DNA of 62,334 nucleotides from a virus (taxonomy: Duplodnaviria; Caudoviricetes), in IMG/VR virus record IMGVR_UViG_3300000101_000013, positions 1 through 62,334 of that record; one strand, 5' to 3'. The notes beneath the pieces were generated by a model. It did no database searches. It saw nothing but the letters and a program-made list of their open reading frames with translations, and had not been told where the DNA came from. Both the position numbers and the translations under genes were made by a program. Positions within the stretch are counted from its first letter, which is position 1. The number at the start of each line of letters is the position of its first letter. Shown here piece after piece: positions 18,983-29,100 of this stretch.

Positions 18983-20777
18983 TTTCTACCTTTGCTAAAA
19001 TTCCGTGTTCTGCTATGTACAGATATTCAATATCACTGTTAGCAAGAGTTCTAAAAGCATCATCTAATGTTTCAACTAAAGGTTCTCCGCCTAAGTTAAA
19101 TGATGTGTTGAATATAATAGGAACACCTGTCTGTTTATAGAATTCATTAATGTAGTCATAGTATAATGGATTCTGTTCTCTTGTTACTGTTTGTATACGA
19201 CATGTGCCGTCGACATGTATAATGCTTGGAATCTTTTCGCCGATGCCTGGTTGGCAATTCATTGCATACATCATATGCGGTGATTCTTTCATTCCACGCA
19301 TATCAAACCATTCTTCTGCATGTTCAGCTAATATAGTACCAGCAAATGGACGGAAGTATTCTCTACGCTTGACTTTGTTAACATGATCTTTACCGTTAGG
19401 ATCTGTCGGATCATACATCAAACTTCTATTACCTAATGCACGTGGTCCTGACTCTGAACGTCCTTGGAACATTGCTACAATATTTTTGTCACACATAAGT
19501 TTCACAACTGATTCTATATCTGTTGTTTCTAACGTAGCATTATATTTTTCAGCTGTTACAGTCACTTGTTCGTTTGTATAATCTCGAGGTAATCCTAAAT
19601 ATAAACTTTCACCAAACGGAAGTACTTTCTTATTTTGTGATGTTTGATGATATGCAATAAATGCCGCACCAATTGCTGTTCCTGCATCGCTAGATACTGG
19701 TTCAACATATAGGTTAATATCCATATCTTTTAAGGTGTCTAAATAGTAATAATTAGCAACACAGTTAAGCCCGTAACCGCCACTTACTACAACATTTTTA
19801 TTGCCTGTACGTTCTACAGCATCTAAAATTAATTTTAATACTTGTTCTTGACTTTCGCTTTGTAATGCATATGCTAGGTCTCTTCTATTTTCAAGATCAA
19901 CAAGTTTATCCTGCATTATTCCTTCTGGTGTATGTAGTTCTTTAAAAAAGTTTTCATTTACTAAAGCACCATTTGGATAAGTTGGTCTAATTAAGTTAGA
20001 ATTTGCTACAGTCCAGTCTCCTCCAGCTGTGTGATATAATGGAGGAATATTAGCATTAGGCTTTCCATAAGGTGATAGCCCCATAGTTTTACCTGCTTCA
20101 ATTGCACTAAATCCACAATACTGTGTTACAGCTTCATATGCTTTAACAATGCCTGCACTATCGTCAATAATAACTTCGTGGTCACCTTCTTCATCAAATT
20201 TTTCACTAGACATATTAGGAACATATGCAGCTCTAAACGGACCATTTCCTCCCAAGTGTTTCCAGATAGTTTTTATATTATATGGATATTCACATGTAAA
20301 AATACTTTCTAATTCATATAACATGTTATCATAGCCATCCATTTGTGCTGGTATAAATGTTCCTGCACCGTCAACAATAACTGCTACTGCATCTTTGAAT
20401 CCGCTTCTATAAAATGCACACGCGGCATGTAGTTTATGGTGTATATGACTTAGGTCAACTACTTGTGGATGATTTAATACGTCGACACTAGGATCATTAT
20501 TAATTAATCCTAATTTACGTGCAAGTCCAGTGTATACATCATCACCTGTAAAATCTACTTTTCCTGCTGTTTCGTTTACTGGTTGTGTATGTGCAATAAC
20601 TAAAAAATCAATCTTGTCAGTGTAATCTAAAATTTTAACCATAGCCGCATAAGGACCGCCATCATATTTTTGTCTACTTAATCTTTCTTCTTCAATAGCA
20701 AATACAATTTCGCCGTCTTTAAGTAAACATACACCGCCGTTGTGCCCTCTTGTAATTGCAGCAATCCATTGACTCAT
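18972..20777 (-). CDS. O-carbamoyltransferase (NodU/CmcH/TobZ family)
   Basis: EEERLSRQKYD, HHKLHAACAF, VDGAG, GKTMGLSPYG, SGGYGLNCVAN, GPRALGNRS, KRREYFRPFA, HVDGTCRIQTV, NTSFNLGGEPLVE. Confidence 0.93.
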   Translation of the reverse strand: MSQWIAAITRGHNGGVCLLKDGEIVFAIEEERLSRQKYDGGPYAAMVKILDYTDKIDFLVIAHTQPVNETAGKVDFTGDDVYTGLARKLGLINNDPSVDVLNHPQVVDLSHIHHKLHAACAFYRSGFKDAVAVIVDGAGTFIPAQMDGYDNMLYELESIFTCEYPYNIKTIWKHLGGNGPFRAAYVPNMSSEKFDEEGDHEVIIDDSAGIVKAYEAVTQYCGFSAIEAGKTMGLSPYGKPNANIPPLYHTAGGDWTVANSNLIRPTYPNGALVNENFFKELHTPEGIMQDKLVDLENRRDLAYALQSESQEQVLKLILDAVERTGNKNVVVSGGYGLNCVANYYYLDTLKDMDINLYVEPVSSDAGTAIGAAFIAYHQTSQNKKVLPFGESLYLGLPRDYTNEQVTVTAEKYNATLETTDIESVVKLMCDKNIVAMFQGRSESGPRALGNRSLMYDPTDPNGKDHVNKVKRREYFRPFAGTILAEHAEEWFDMRGMKESPHMMYAMNCQPGIGEKIPSIIHVDGTCRIQTVTREQNPLYYDYINEFYKQTGVPIIFNTSFNLGGEPLVETLDDAFRTLANSDIEYLYIAEHGILAKVENVS

Positions 20778-21799
20778 TATTTTTTATCTCCAATTAAATT
20801 AGTATTACCAGGAACTAACTTAGATATTTGCTTTTTAGTTTCTGGTGCTTTTACTACTGTACCTTTGCCTAAATGTTTTCTTACGCTACTACAGATTTCT
20901 TCAATTTGTTTTTTTGTTAATTCCATAACTTCGTCGTTATGTCTATCTTGTTCTTCTTCCATAGTTAAACGTATTGGCGCATATACACGTTTTCCGTCAC
21001 CTACGTCTATAATATCAAACTTAGGATCATCTGGGTAAGAAATATTAATAGGGTAAGTTGACCCTGTTATAATAGTTGCTGTACCATCTAATGCTTTTAC
21101 CATATGTTGACCTAAACTGTCACATCCTAAAAAGTGATCAGCTACATCAATTACACTTGACCAAATACGTAAGTCTGGTATTTGTGGTTGTGCTACTGGA
21201 TACTGTTTATTTTCTGTTTCTTCTAGCGGAACTGGTATTTCACTCATTATAATTATTGCGTATTCTTTTTTAAGTACGTTAATAATATCTACAATATTGT
21301 TTAGTTGAAAACTACGGCTAGTTGGATCTACAATAAAGTCGCCGTGTGTTTCTGTTGTTCTTCCAAATGGTTGTACAACTAATACTTTGTCTTTACCAGT
21401 ACCTTGTTTTATTTCTTCAACAATAGTTGCGGCTTGTACAATTTCTTGTTTGTTTGCATATATTTTAGGAGCGCCTACTTTACGCAATCCTTTGTTATTA
21501 ATGTTAATATCAAATGCTTGTGCTAAGTCACACTTTTGATTGTAATATTCCCATACTCTATATGGTTCTGGTGTTATACAATTTCTGTCTTTGATGTGTT
21601 CTTCAAATAACCCTTTATGCCAGTGGTCGTATGCTCTATTGTGTAGAGTAGGATGTCCTTTATAAAAGTCCATGCCTCCTTCACATACAATGATAAAGTC
21701 ATCGTTGGGATTTTCTTTTTCATATAGTTCAAATGCTGGCAGGGAACATATCACTCTTCCTGCTCCGCCGTTAATAAAAAATGCTGTAGATCTTGTCAA
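20777..21799 (-). CDS. GT-B fold glycosyltransferase, GT9 (heptosyltransferase)-like
   Basis: GGAGRVICSLPA N-terminal loop, VVQPFG and FLGCDSLGQH (compare the GT9 D-S-G-x-x-H motif). TTG start with AGGAG RBS; first gene of the heptose cluster. Confidence 0.6.
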   Translation of the reverse strand: MTRSTAFFINGGAGRVICSLPAFELYEKENPNDDFIIVCEGGMDFYKGHPTLHNRAYDHWHKGLFEEHIKDRNCITPEPYRVWEYYNQKCDLAQAFDININNKGLRKVGAPKIYANKQEIVQAATIVEEIKQGTGKDKVLVVQPFGRTTETHGDFIVDPTSRSFQLNNIVDIINVLKKEYAIIIMSEIPVPLEETENKQYPVAQPQIPDLRIWSSVIDVADHFLGCDSLGQHMVKALDGTATIITGSTYPINISYPDDPKFDIIDVGDGKRVYAPIRLTMEEEQDRHNDEVMELTKKQIEEICSSVRKHLGKGTVVKAPETKKQISKLVPGNTNLIGDKK

Positions 21800-21820
21800 A
21801 TTAAACTCCTTATAGTGTTT

Positions 21821-21857
21821 ATTATAACACCATATTAGTGATTATACAAGATATTTA
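21821..21857 (-). promoter_or_regulatory. Sigma70-like promoter plus an adjacent late-type TAAATA motif driving the modification cluster
   Basis: Minus strand reads TTGTAT-N17-TATAAT with an extended -10 TG (21849..21821); TAAATA at 21857..21852. Confidence 0.6.
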
Positions 21858-21881
21858 TTGAGGTTTTTTCAAATGAGGTGG

Positions 21882-21916
21882 AAAAGCGAACGCAACAATT
21901 AAGTTACGCTCGCTTT
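21882..21916 (-). terminator. Rho-independent terminator after the tail chaperone gene
   Basis: AAAGCGAGCGUAAC-UUAAUU-GUUGCGUUCGCUUUU; G-U pairs make the stem complete only on the minus strand. Confidence 0.75.
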
Positions 21917-21928
21917 AAAAATTTTAAA

Positions 21929-22657
21929 TTACATTATGATTGAATCAGTATCTGGATCAACCATTCCTGTTTCTGGATCTGCTCCAACTTGGATCGGTTC
22001 CATGTTGTATGCAAATATTGCAGGAACTCCGGCATTTTGCAATACTGTTGGCCAGTCACGTAGTCTTTGACGATAGTCTTCCCACTGTGTTCTAAGTGCT
22101 GCAGGCATGTCTGGGTTAAGTTCACTATCACTGTTTTTTAAGAAAGAGTTACGTTTTGCTCTAACATCATCCCAAGTAATATCTCTTCCAATATCAATAC
22201 CCATAATATAATCTCTAGGTTCTTTAACTGGTATTGTTGGTACACCGTCTGCATCAAATGTTACTTGATCGTCATGTAAAAATTGATACGGTAGTACTGG
22301 TGTTTGATATGTAAATGGTGCATATCCTGCAATCTTAGTTGCTCCTGTTGGTGTAGCTTCACCTGTATGATCTTCTTCCATCTCGTCGATGATCGGTCCA
22401 CGTAACTGACATAATTCTGGATGTTCTGTGCAATCTATTTCTACATATCTGCAATCATCTGGAATTGGTCTTCCATCGTTTTTTTCAATCTCTGTGATAG
22501 GTCCTAATTCTTCTCTGTTTGTAGTATTGTTTACAATGAAGAAAAGTTTATCAGGTCCATCGTACTGAGCCGTTCTTGTATTACCATCTGTAAAAGTATG
22601 GTCCACACATAGTTCATTTGGAACATTGTATGTGTAATTAAATTGTATCATTGGCAT
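21929..22657 (-). CDS. Tail fibre assembly chaperone-like protein
   Basis: C-terminal WDDVRAKRNSFLKNSD...WEDYRQRLRDWP phage tail assembly chaperone motif. Confidence 0.75.
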   Translation of the reverse strand: MPMIQFNYTYNVPNELCVDHTFTDGNTRTAQYDGPDKLFFIVNNTTNREELGPITEIEKNDGRPIPDDCRYVEIDCTEHPELCQLRGPIIDEMEEDHTGEATPTGATKIAGYAPFTYQTPVLPYQFLHDDQVTFDADGVPTIPVKEPRDYIMGIDIGRDITWDDVRAKRNSFLKNSDSELNPDMPAALRTQWEDYRQRLRDWPTVLQNAGVPAIFAYNMEPIQVGADPETGMVDPDTDSIIM

Positions 22658-22693
22658 AATATATTTCTCTCCTGTATTACTATTTATTTATTC

Positions 22694-23503
22694 TTAGTAA
22701 AAAGTTAGTTTGACTAATCCCGGTCCGCCTGTGCCACCTTGGCCACAGCATCTACCGCAATAGTTTGATGTTGCATTTTGACCGCCTTGTCCGTATGGTG
22801 CTATCCAGCAACCACATCGTATCCAGCAATAATTTGAGTTTTGTTCAGCATATCCTGTGTTTAAAGCTACAGCACCTGTTGAGTGTCCTATGTGTTTCCA
22901 ACAGTGACATGCACTACCTGGATACATATAAGCTGACGCACCCTGGAAGTTACCACCGTGTGTATAACCTACATAGTCTTGACTTGAACTTGTGCCGTTA
23001 CAACCAGATTGTACACAGTATGGCATACTAGAGTGACAGTTATCAGTCCAAGAGCCGTTTGCACAACCTCTTTGTCCGCCACATGCACAAACACATATTC
23101 CTGCACCACATGCAAACGATGAACATCCATTACAGCCGTTACATTCTCTACTTAGACATCTATAAACACCTGCAGCACACATTCTATATGTACATCCAGA
23201 TGTTGTCTGTATTGTCTTACTTGTATATGCTCCACCGCCTGGAGGTCCAAAGTGTTGACATCTGTTACATGAACAAGCACCAGATCCGTTTCCGCCAGCA
23301 CCCCATAATTCAAAATTTAAATTTCTAACTTGGTCAGGTGTAGTCCATAAACAACAACACCCTGCTGAACATCTGCATGGATTACCCCATGTCCATTTCA
23401 CACACCAGTTGTCTCTCACTCCTGCTGCAAAATTATCTGCATCAACTGATCCGTCAACTATTTGTGCTCCGGTAACTTTTTTATAACTTCTATAACTTGC
23501 CAT
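22694..23503 (-). CDS. Cys-rich Gly-rich tail-associated protein, paralog 3
   Basis: 31 Cys in 269 aa (counted); CRCSAGCCC, ELWGAGGNG, CSCNRC, YCGRCCGQGGTGG. Confidence 0.75.
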   Translation of the reverse strand: MASYRSYKKVTGAQIVDGSVDADNFAAGVRDNWCVKWTWGNPCRCSAGCCCLWTTPDQVRNLNFELWGAGGNGSGACSCNRCQHFGPPGGGAYTSKTIQTTSGCTYRMCAAGVYRCLSRECNGCNGCSSFACGAGICVCACGGQRGCANGSWTDNCHSSMPYCVQSGCNGTSSSQDYVGYTHGGNFQGASAYMYPGSACHCWKHIGHSTGAVALNTGYAEQNSNYCWIRCGCWIAPYGQGGQNATSNYCGRCCGQGGTGGPGLVKLTFY

Positions 23504-23512
23504 TTCTTGTCC

Positions 23513-24292
23513 CTAAATATATGTTAGTCTTACTAGGCCGCCACCGCCGGTTCCGCCCTGTCCACAGCAACGACCGCAATATGTATTCATTGCACTTTGT
23601 CCACCAGTTCCGTATGGTACACTAAAGTTACCACAACGTACCCAACATTCTCTAATACCTTGTGTACTTATTCCGCCGATAATTGGTGCAACACCTTGAT
23701 GTATTTCTTGCACGTGACAATGACAATAGCCTGACGCTGTTGACCACGCTGGATTGTTTGGAACAACATACATATCACCATTGTTGTGTGTTGGACATCT
23801 ACAATATGCATTTGTATAGAAACATCCGTTTGACCATGATGTGTTTGCTTCTGCTCTATATCCACCACAAGCACAAAAGCCTGACATGTTATAGCCGTTC
23901 ATATAAGTTGTACACCCATTACAGCCTGTACATTCTCTACTTAGACATCTATACACACCAGAAGCACATGTAGTATATGTACATCCTGGTCTTGTTCCTA
24001 GTGTTTTTGTGTTATGACTACCGCCCATGGCTGCTTTAAAGTGTTGACATCTGTTACATGAGCATGAACCTGCGCCATTGCCTCCAGCTCCCCATAAGTC
24101 TACAGTTAATCTGCATACTCCAGTAGGTACAGTCCAGTTACAACAGCAACCTCCACTACATCTACAAGGTACGCCCGATATCCATTTTACACCATAATTG
24201 TTTAATGTATTTGAATTAATATCATTATCAGTTAATGTTCCATTAACCATTTGGTCGCCGTGTACCTTTTTATAACTTGCATAACTTGCCAT
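23513..24292 (-). CDS. Cys-rich Gly-rich tail-associated protein, paralog 2
   Basis: Same motif skeleton as its neighbours (CRCSGGCCC, LWGAGGNG, RCLSREC, CHCH, CGRCCGQGG). Confidence 0.75.
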   Translation of the reverse strand: MASYASYKKVHGDQMVNGTLTDNDINSNTLNNYGVKWISGVPCRCSGGCCCNWTVPTGVCRLTVDLWGAGGNGAGSCSCNRCQHFKAAMGGSHNTKTLGTRPGCTYTTCASGVYRCLSRECTGCNGCTTYMNGYNMSGFCACGGYRAEANTSWSNGCFYTNAYCRCPTHNNGDMYVVPNNPAWSTASGYCHCHVQEIHQGVAPIIGGISTQGIRECWVRCGNFSVPYGTGGQSAMNTYCGRCCGQGGTGGGGLVRLTYI

Positions 24293-24302
24293 TAATAATT
24301 CC

Positions 24303-25085
24303 TTACGTAAATGTTAATTTTACTACTCCTGGTCCACCTGTTCCACCTTGTCCACAACAACGTCCACAGTATGAAGCCATTGCTCCTTGACCACCATGTC
24401 CTGGAGGTGCAATCCAACAACCACAACGTATCCAACAAACTGATTGTGACATACTAACATTACCACCTAGCATAGGTGCTGCTGTTGGTCTAACATATTG
24501 ATGGTGACAGTGACAGTTGAAAATACCGCTAAAGTGTCCAATGTGGCTCATTATGTGCATCTCGCCTCTGCCTGTTCCACATCCTGGTCCAACACAACAA
24601 CCCCAACAACTGAAACAATAGTTTGACCAGTCAGTGTTTGCGTTTGCGCAACGTCCGCCTACTGTACATAGGGTACAAGCGTTGTAACCGCAAACATATG
24701 AAATACATCCGTTACAAGCAGAACATTCTCTACTCAAACATCTGTACACACCGCCTGCACACATTCTGTATGTACAACCTGGTGCTGTAGTAATTGATTT
24801 TTGATTATATGATCCGCCGCCAGCCCCATGATAGTGATGACATCTGTTACATGAACATGCACCATTTCCATTGCCGCCTGCTCCCCAAAGTTCAAAATGT
24901 ACTTTACGTGTACACCCAGGTGCTGTCCATAAACAACAACAACCTGCTGAACATCTACATGCATCACCAATTAGCCACTTAGTACAAAGTCTGTGACGAA
25001 CACCGCTTCCCATTTTATCTTCGGTAACCGATCCGTCAACAATCTGCTCATTTGTAACTTTTTTATAACTATCGTAAGTTGCCAT
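24303..25085 (-). CDS. Cys-rich Gly-rich tail-associated protein, paralog 1
   Basis: Same motif skeleton, plus HHYH and CHCHH. Confidence 0.75.
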   Translation of the reverse strand: MATYDSYKKVTNEQIVDGSVTEDKMGSGVRHRLCTKWLIGDACRCSAGCCCLWTAPGCTRKVHFELWGAGGNGNGACSCNRCHHYHGAGGGSYNQKSITTAPGCTYRMCAGGVYRCLSRECSACNGCISYVCGYNACTLCTVGGRCANANTDWSNYCFSCWGCCVGPGCGTGRGEMHIMSHIGHFSGIFNCHCHHQYVRPTAAPMLGGNVSMSQSVCWIRCGCWIAPPGHGGQGAMASYCGRCCGQGGTGGPGVVKLTFT

Positions 25086-25100
25086 TCAACTTTGCTCCTA

Positions 25101-25802
25101 TTAGATTGTAAAGATACGCCATCCGTAAGTGTTATTGTGGAACACCATTTCGAACGCTGCATCTTCTGTAGTAACTGTTAAGTTTGCTGCATCGCCGTTA
25201 ATTAATTTACCGTTACGTGCTACTGTAAAGTTTGATCCACTTACTAAGAAGAATCTAACTCTATCACCTTGTGCTGGTGCACTTGGTAGCGTAACTGTGT
25301 GGTTACCTTGTACCCAATTTGTTTGGAAACTTAGTGTTGTTCTGCCACCTGTAACAGCAACGTCTTGAAATCCACCTACTGTCCAACTTGAACCATTGTA
25401 CCATTCTAGATGACCATAATCAGTGTTAAACCTTACAAAGCCTTCGGACGGAGAGCCGGGGCGTTGTGCAGTTGTACCCTGAGGTATTGTCATATGCGTT
25501 GATGCTGCTGCTGTTAAATATTGTGAAGTTAGTGTTCCTGCGACATTTATAGCGCCACCAACATAAGCATTACTTGCTATACCTACCCCGCCACTAACTA
25601 CTAGTCCACCTGTTGCTGTAGTTGTACTTTGTGTAGTATTTTGTACTAGTAATTGAGGGTTTGCTGGAATAACAACATCACCTGATCCATTTGGTTCAAT
25701 GGTAATATTTTCATTCGGAACAAGACTTGATAGTTTGTTGTCAACACTTACTAATCGTGCTAGTAGAGGTCTTCCAACTGTTCCTGTGTTAATTCTGCGC
25801 AT
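25101..25802 (-). CDS. Tail fibre / adaptor-like structural protein
   Basis: GTTAQRP..P..G.VRFNTD...EWYNGSSW motif; C-terminal VTLPSAPAQGD...TVARNGKLING...GWRI domain. Confidence 0.7.
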   Translation of the reverse strand: MRRINTGTVGRPLLARLVSVDNKLSSLVPNENITIEPNGSGDVVIPANPQLLVQNTTQSTTTATGGLVVSGGVGIASNAYVGGAINVAGTLTSQYLTAAASTHMTIPQGTTAQRPGSPSEGFVRFNTDYGHLEWYNGSSWTVGGFQDVAVTGGRTTLSFQTNWVQGNHTVTLPSAPAQGDRVRFFLVSGSNFTVARNGKLINGDAANLTVTTEDAAFEMVFHNNTYGWRIFTI

Positions 25803-25812
25803 GTCTGCTCCT

Positions 25813-26133
25813 TTATGCTGTTGCTGTTTCTATACCATATACTACAACATTTACGTCTGTACTGTTAGAATAAACAACAATATTTTTTGTTGCATCTAAT
25901 ACAATTCCGCCTCGTTCTAGGCTACCATTGCCTAATAGTTCGGTATCAAATTCTATCCATTCAGCGTTAGTTGGTGTACCAGTAGCTGATGTTGCTACTC
26001 GTACATCTCTTGATGCTGCGTTTCTATTTGTTACATTAACAGTTATAACTGCAAATGTGTCTGCGGGTACAGTATACACAGTGGTGTTTGCCGCTGCTGC
26101 TAGATCTGCACTTCCTAATATTCCTGTTGCCAT
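25813..26133 (-). CDS. Small beta-rich virion protein (paralog family with 41448 and 48479)
   Basis: TTVYTVP...VNVTNRN...LERGGIVL...VVVYGIE. Confidence 0.65.
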   Translation of the reverse strand: MATGILGSADLAAAANTTVYTVPADTFAVITVNVTNRNAASRDVRVATSATGTPTNAEWIEFDTELLGNGSLERGGIVLDATKNIVVYSNSTDVNVVVYGIETATA

Positions 26134-26148
26134 TTTCTTTTTCTCCGT

Positions 26149-29100
26149 TTATCTTAAAAAGTAGTTGTATGCTATTGGTAAACCAAGTACACTGCCTGTG
26201 AAGTTTACGTTTGCTTTTATATTTATCTGCTCTCCACTAACTGTTGTAATTTGGTTAGTGTTGATAAAGATATCTCCAGCTGTTACACTGTTAACGTTTA
26301 GTGTAGCACCACCGCCACCAATTTGGGCTTCGATGTATGCTTTCACTGCTCTCTGTGTTGGTACTACTGTATCACTATTAGCTGTAAAGAAAGGATCTGT
26401 ACTAAATTCGCTAATACTTGCAGAGTTACCACCTAGTGTAACTTCACCTAATGATAATTCTTGTAGTCCTGCAATGTTAAACGCTTCTGCGTTCAATGTT
26501 GCAACACCAGTTGCTTGTTCAATACTAAACAAGTCACCAACTCTAAAGTTACCATCTTGGTCAGTAGCTGTAAAGAACACTCTTCCGCCATTGTCGTCTT
26601 TGGTTTCTTTTAATTGGTCTGGTGCTATAGTTGGTATGCCAGGATAATTAGTAGTTGTAAATCCTCCTGTACCAATATCTAAGAAGTCATGTCCTGTTAG
26701 ACGTACTTGACTAAATCTAATACGCATTGTTACTCCATTACCATCTACTGGAGCATCTGTAATACTCATATCTGGTGATAGTTGTAAGAACGCTGTTTTG
26801 GAACCATCGTTAAGTCCTACTAGTGAAACTGTGTTAACTAGTTTAAAGAACTGTCCTGGTAAGCTATCAAACTCAACGTTTGATCCGTTTACTGGAGTTG
26901 CACTTAATCTTCTTACAGCAACAAACTGTCCACTTTGTGTAAAGTCTGCACCACCGTTAGATGTAGTAGCGTCTACTTCCGCACTAGCTGTAATAAATCC
27001 TGAACCTCTATTAATAAATGTTGGATTAGCTAATACTCCGTTTCTAATTTTTGGAACTAGTACAACGTCTTCGATGTTGCCTGGATCTGTAACTGTAATT
27101 GAAGGTGCTGCACCTTCGTATCCTGATCCTGGTTCAGTCATTCTAACTTCAAATATTTTCTGGTTAGCAACGCCTGCTCTACCTAGTGCCGGAGCACCTC
27201 TGTAAATTGCTTTTGCTGTGTTAGATGTATCGTCAACACTTACGAATCTACCAATTGGAACACTTGCGCCAATTGTATGTGGATTACCAAATGCAATCTT
27301 TTCACCGATATCAGTTAAGCCTGTTACTTCAGTCCAAGTAACACCGTCGAATGATTCACCTATAATTGTTTCATCATCACTATATGTTATAACAAATACA
27401 CCTTGTCCGTATGCAATTCCACTTGGTGTAGCTGTTGCACTTGGTGTGCTTGCTGCTACCCATGTTATACCATCAATACTGTATGCCATGTTATTAGCAC
27501 CTGTATCGCTTGCTAGTGCAACAAATATACCGTTGCCCCATACTACGTCAATCCATGTTTTACTGTTAGGAAGTGTTCTAGCTGTCCATGTTTCACCTGT
27601 TGGTGATGTTTGAGCGTTAGTACTTCCTGAGTCAAGTGCAACAAATAATCCTTTACCGTATGTTAAACAATCATAACCAGTTCCTGGTAATGCTGTTGCA
27701 TATGTGGACCAGTTTGAGCCGCCATCATCTGAGTAAGCAACATCTTGATCTGCATTTGATGTAACAATAAATCTGTTAGTTCCTGCTGCAACATAACCAG
27801 TTGCAACATTCATTGCTGTTCCTGCTGTTAAGTCACTAAGTGTTTTATTAGACCATGTAGCTAAACTTTCATCAATACTTACACTAACAATATTTGAGCT
27901 TGCTCTTGTTGCTACTGCTGCATGTGGTTTAAATGTTGTTGAACCATCATTTAGTAATGCACTTGCTAAGTTTAAATGATCACCAGTTTGTGTAATTGTT
28001 GTCCAACTTGCTGCTGTTGTGCCGTCTACACTTGTATAGAAGTTTCCATCTGCACATGCAATAAAGTAACCTTTACGTCCAATACCTGCAAAGTCAAAGT
28101 CAACAACTCCGCCTGCCGCTGTAACTGTGGTAATTGTTACAACAATGTCGTTGTCTACATCTGTACCACCTAAGTTACTACCTTTAATAGTTACTGTTGA
28201 TAGTCTAGTAAATTCTTGACCTGCACTTGCAACAGTTACATAATATTTTGCACCATTACGTGTTACATTAAATGTTGCTCCACTACCGTCACTGTTTGAT
28301 TCACTAGCAACAGCAGTATATTGATTTGCTGTTTCAACAAATTCAATATTATTAAAGTCATCTGTTGCAATAGTTTGTACTGTTGATACTGAGTTAGCTG
28401 GAGCTGGAATTGTAACTCTTGGTTCAACAACATATGTTGAAGAACTGTTTGGAGCAACAATAGCTGTTCCTGGAACAACATGACTCCATCCACTTACACC
28501 GTATCTATTACTTACTGCCGCTAATTTACTTCCTGAGTTGTATGATGTAATGTAACCGTAGTTACCAGTACCTGCACCACCAGTAATATAAATTGCCATA
28601 CCAACATAAGCACTTGAAATGCTACCGTCTGTAGCCGCTAAGTTAATACTTGTTGTTGATCCTGCCTGTGCTGTGTTTGATACAACAGTATAGTTTGTAC
28701 CACCAGCGTTACTAGGAGTTTCAACTGTTTCACCAATTTGTATTCTATTAATTCCGCCGTCTCTAAACTCGTCAGCTAATAATGATTCGTTTTCACCTGC
28801 ACCAAATATATTAATGTTTGCTTCAGTATAATCGTTACCAGCGTGTGCGTATTCTAAACGCTGAAGAGTATCAGTGTCTGTAAACAAGTTACTTATAGTA
28901 GCGTTGTACTGTGTTGAGTTATCAACTACTGCTGTTACTGGAACTTCATCTGGATCAACTCCTTCTGCAACCGAACCGTATGTACCGTATGAGTTGTTAC
29001 CGTTTGTAGCACGAGCTCTTCCGCCTGTTTCACACAAGTACCCAATATGTGAGTAGTATGTAAACACTGACACAAGTTCTGCTCTACCATTGTTAAGCAA

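Noticed and set aside
22694-25085. Diversity-generating retroelement or invertible tail-tip cassette
   Set aside because: The paralogs diverge throughout with no adenine-specific TR/VR pair, and no reverse transcriptase or invertase is present in the window.
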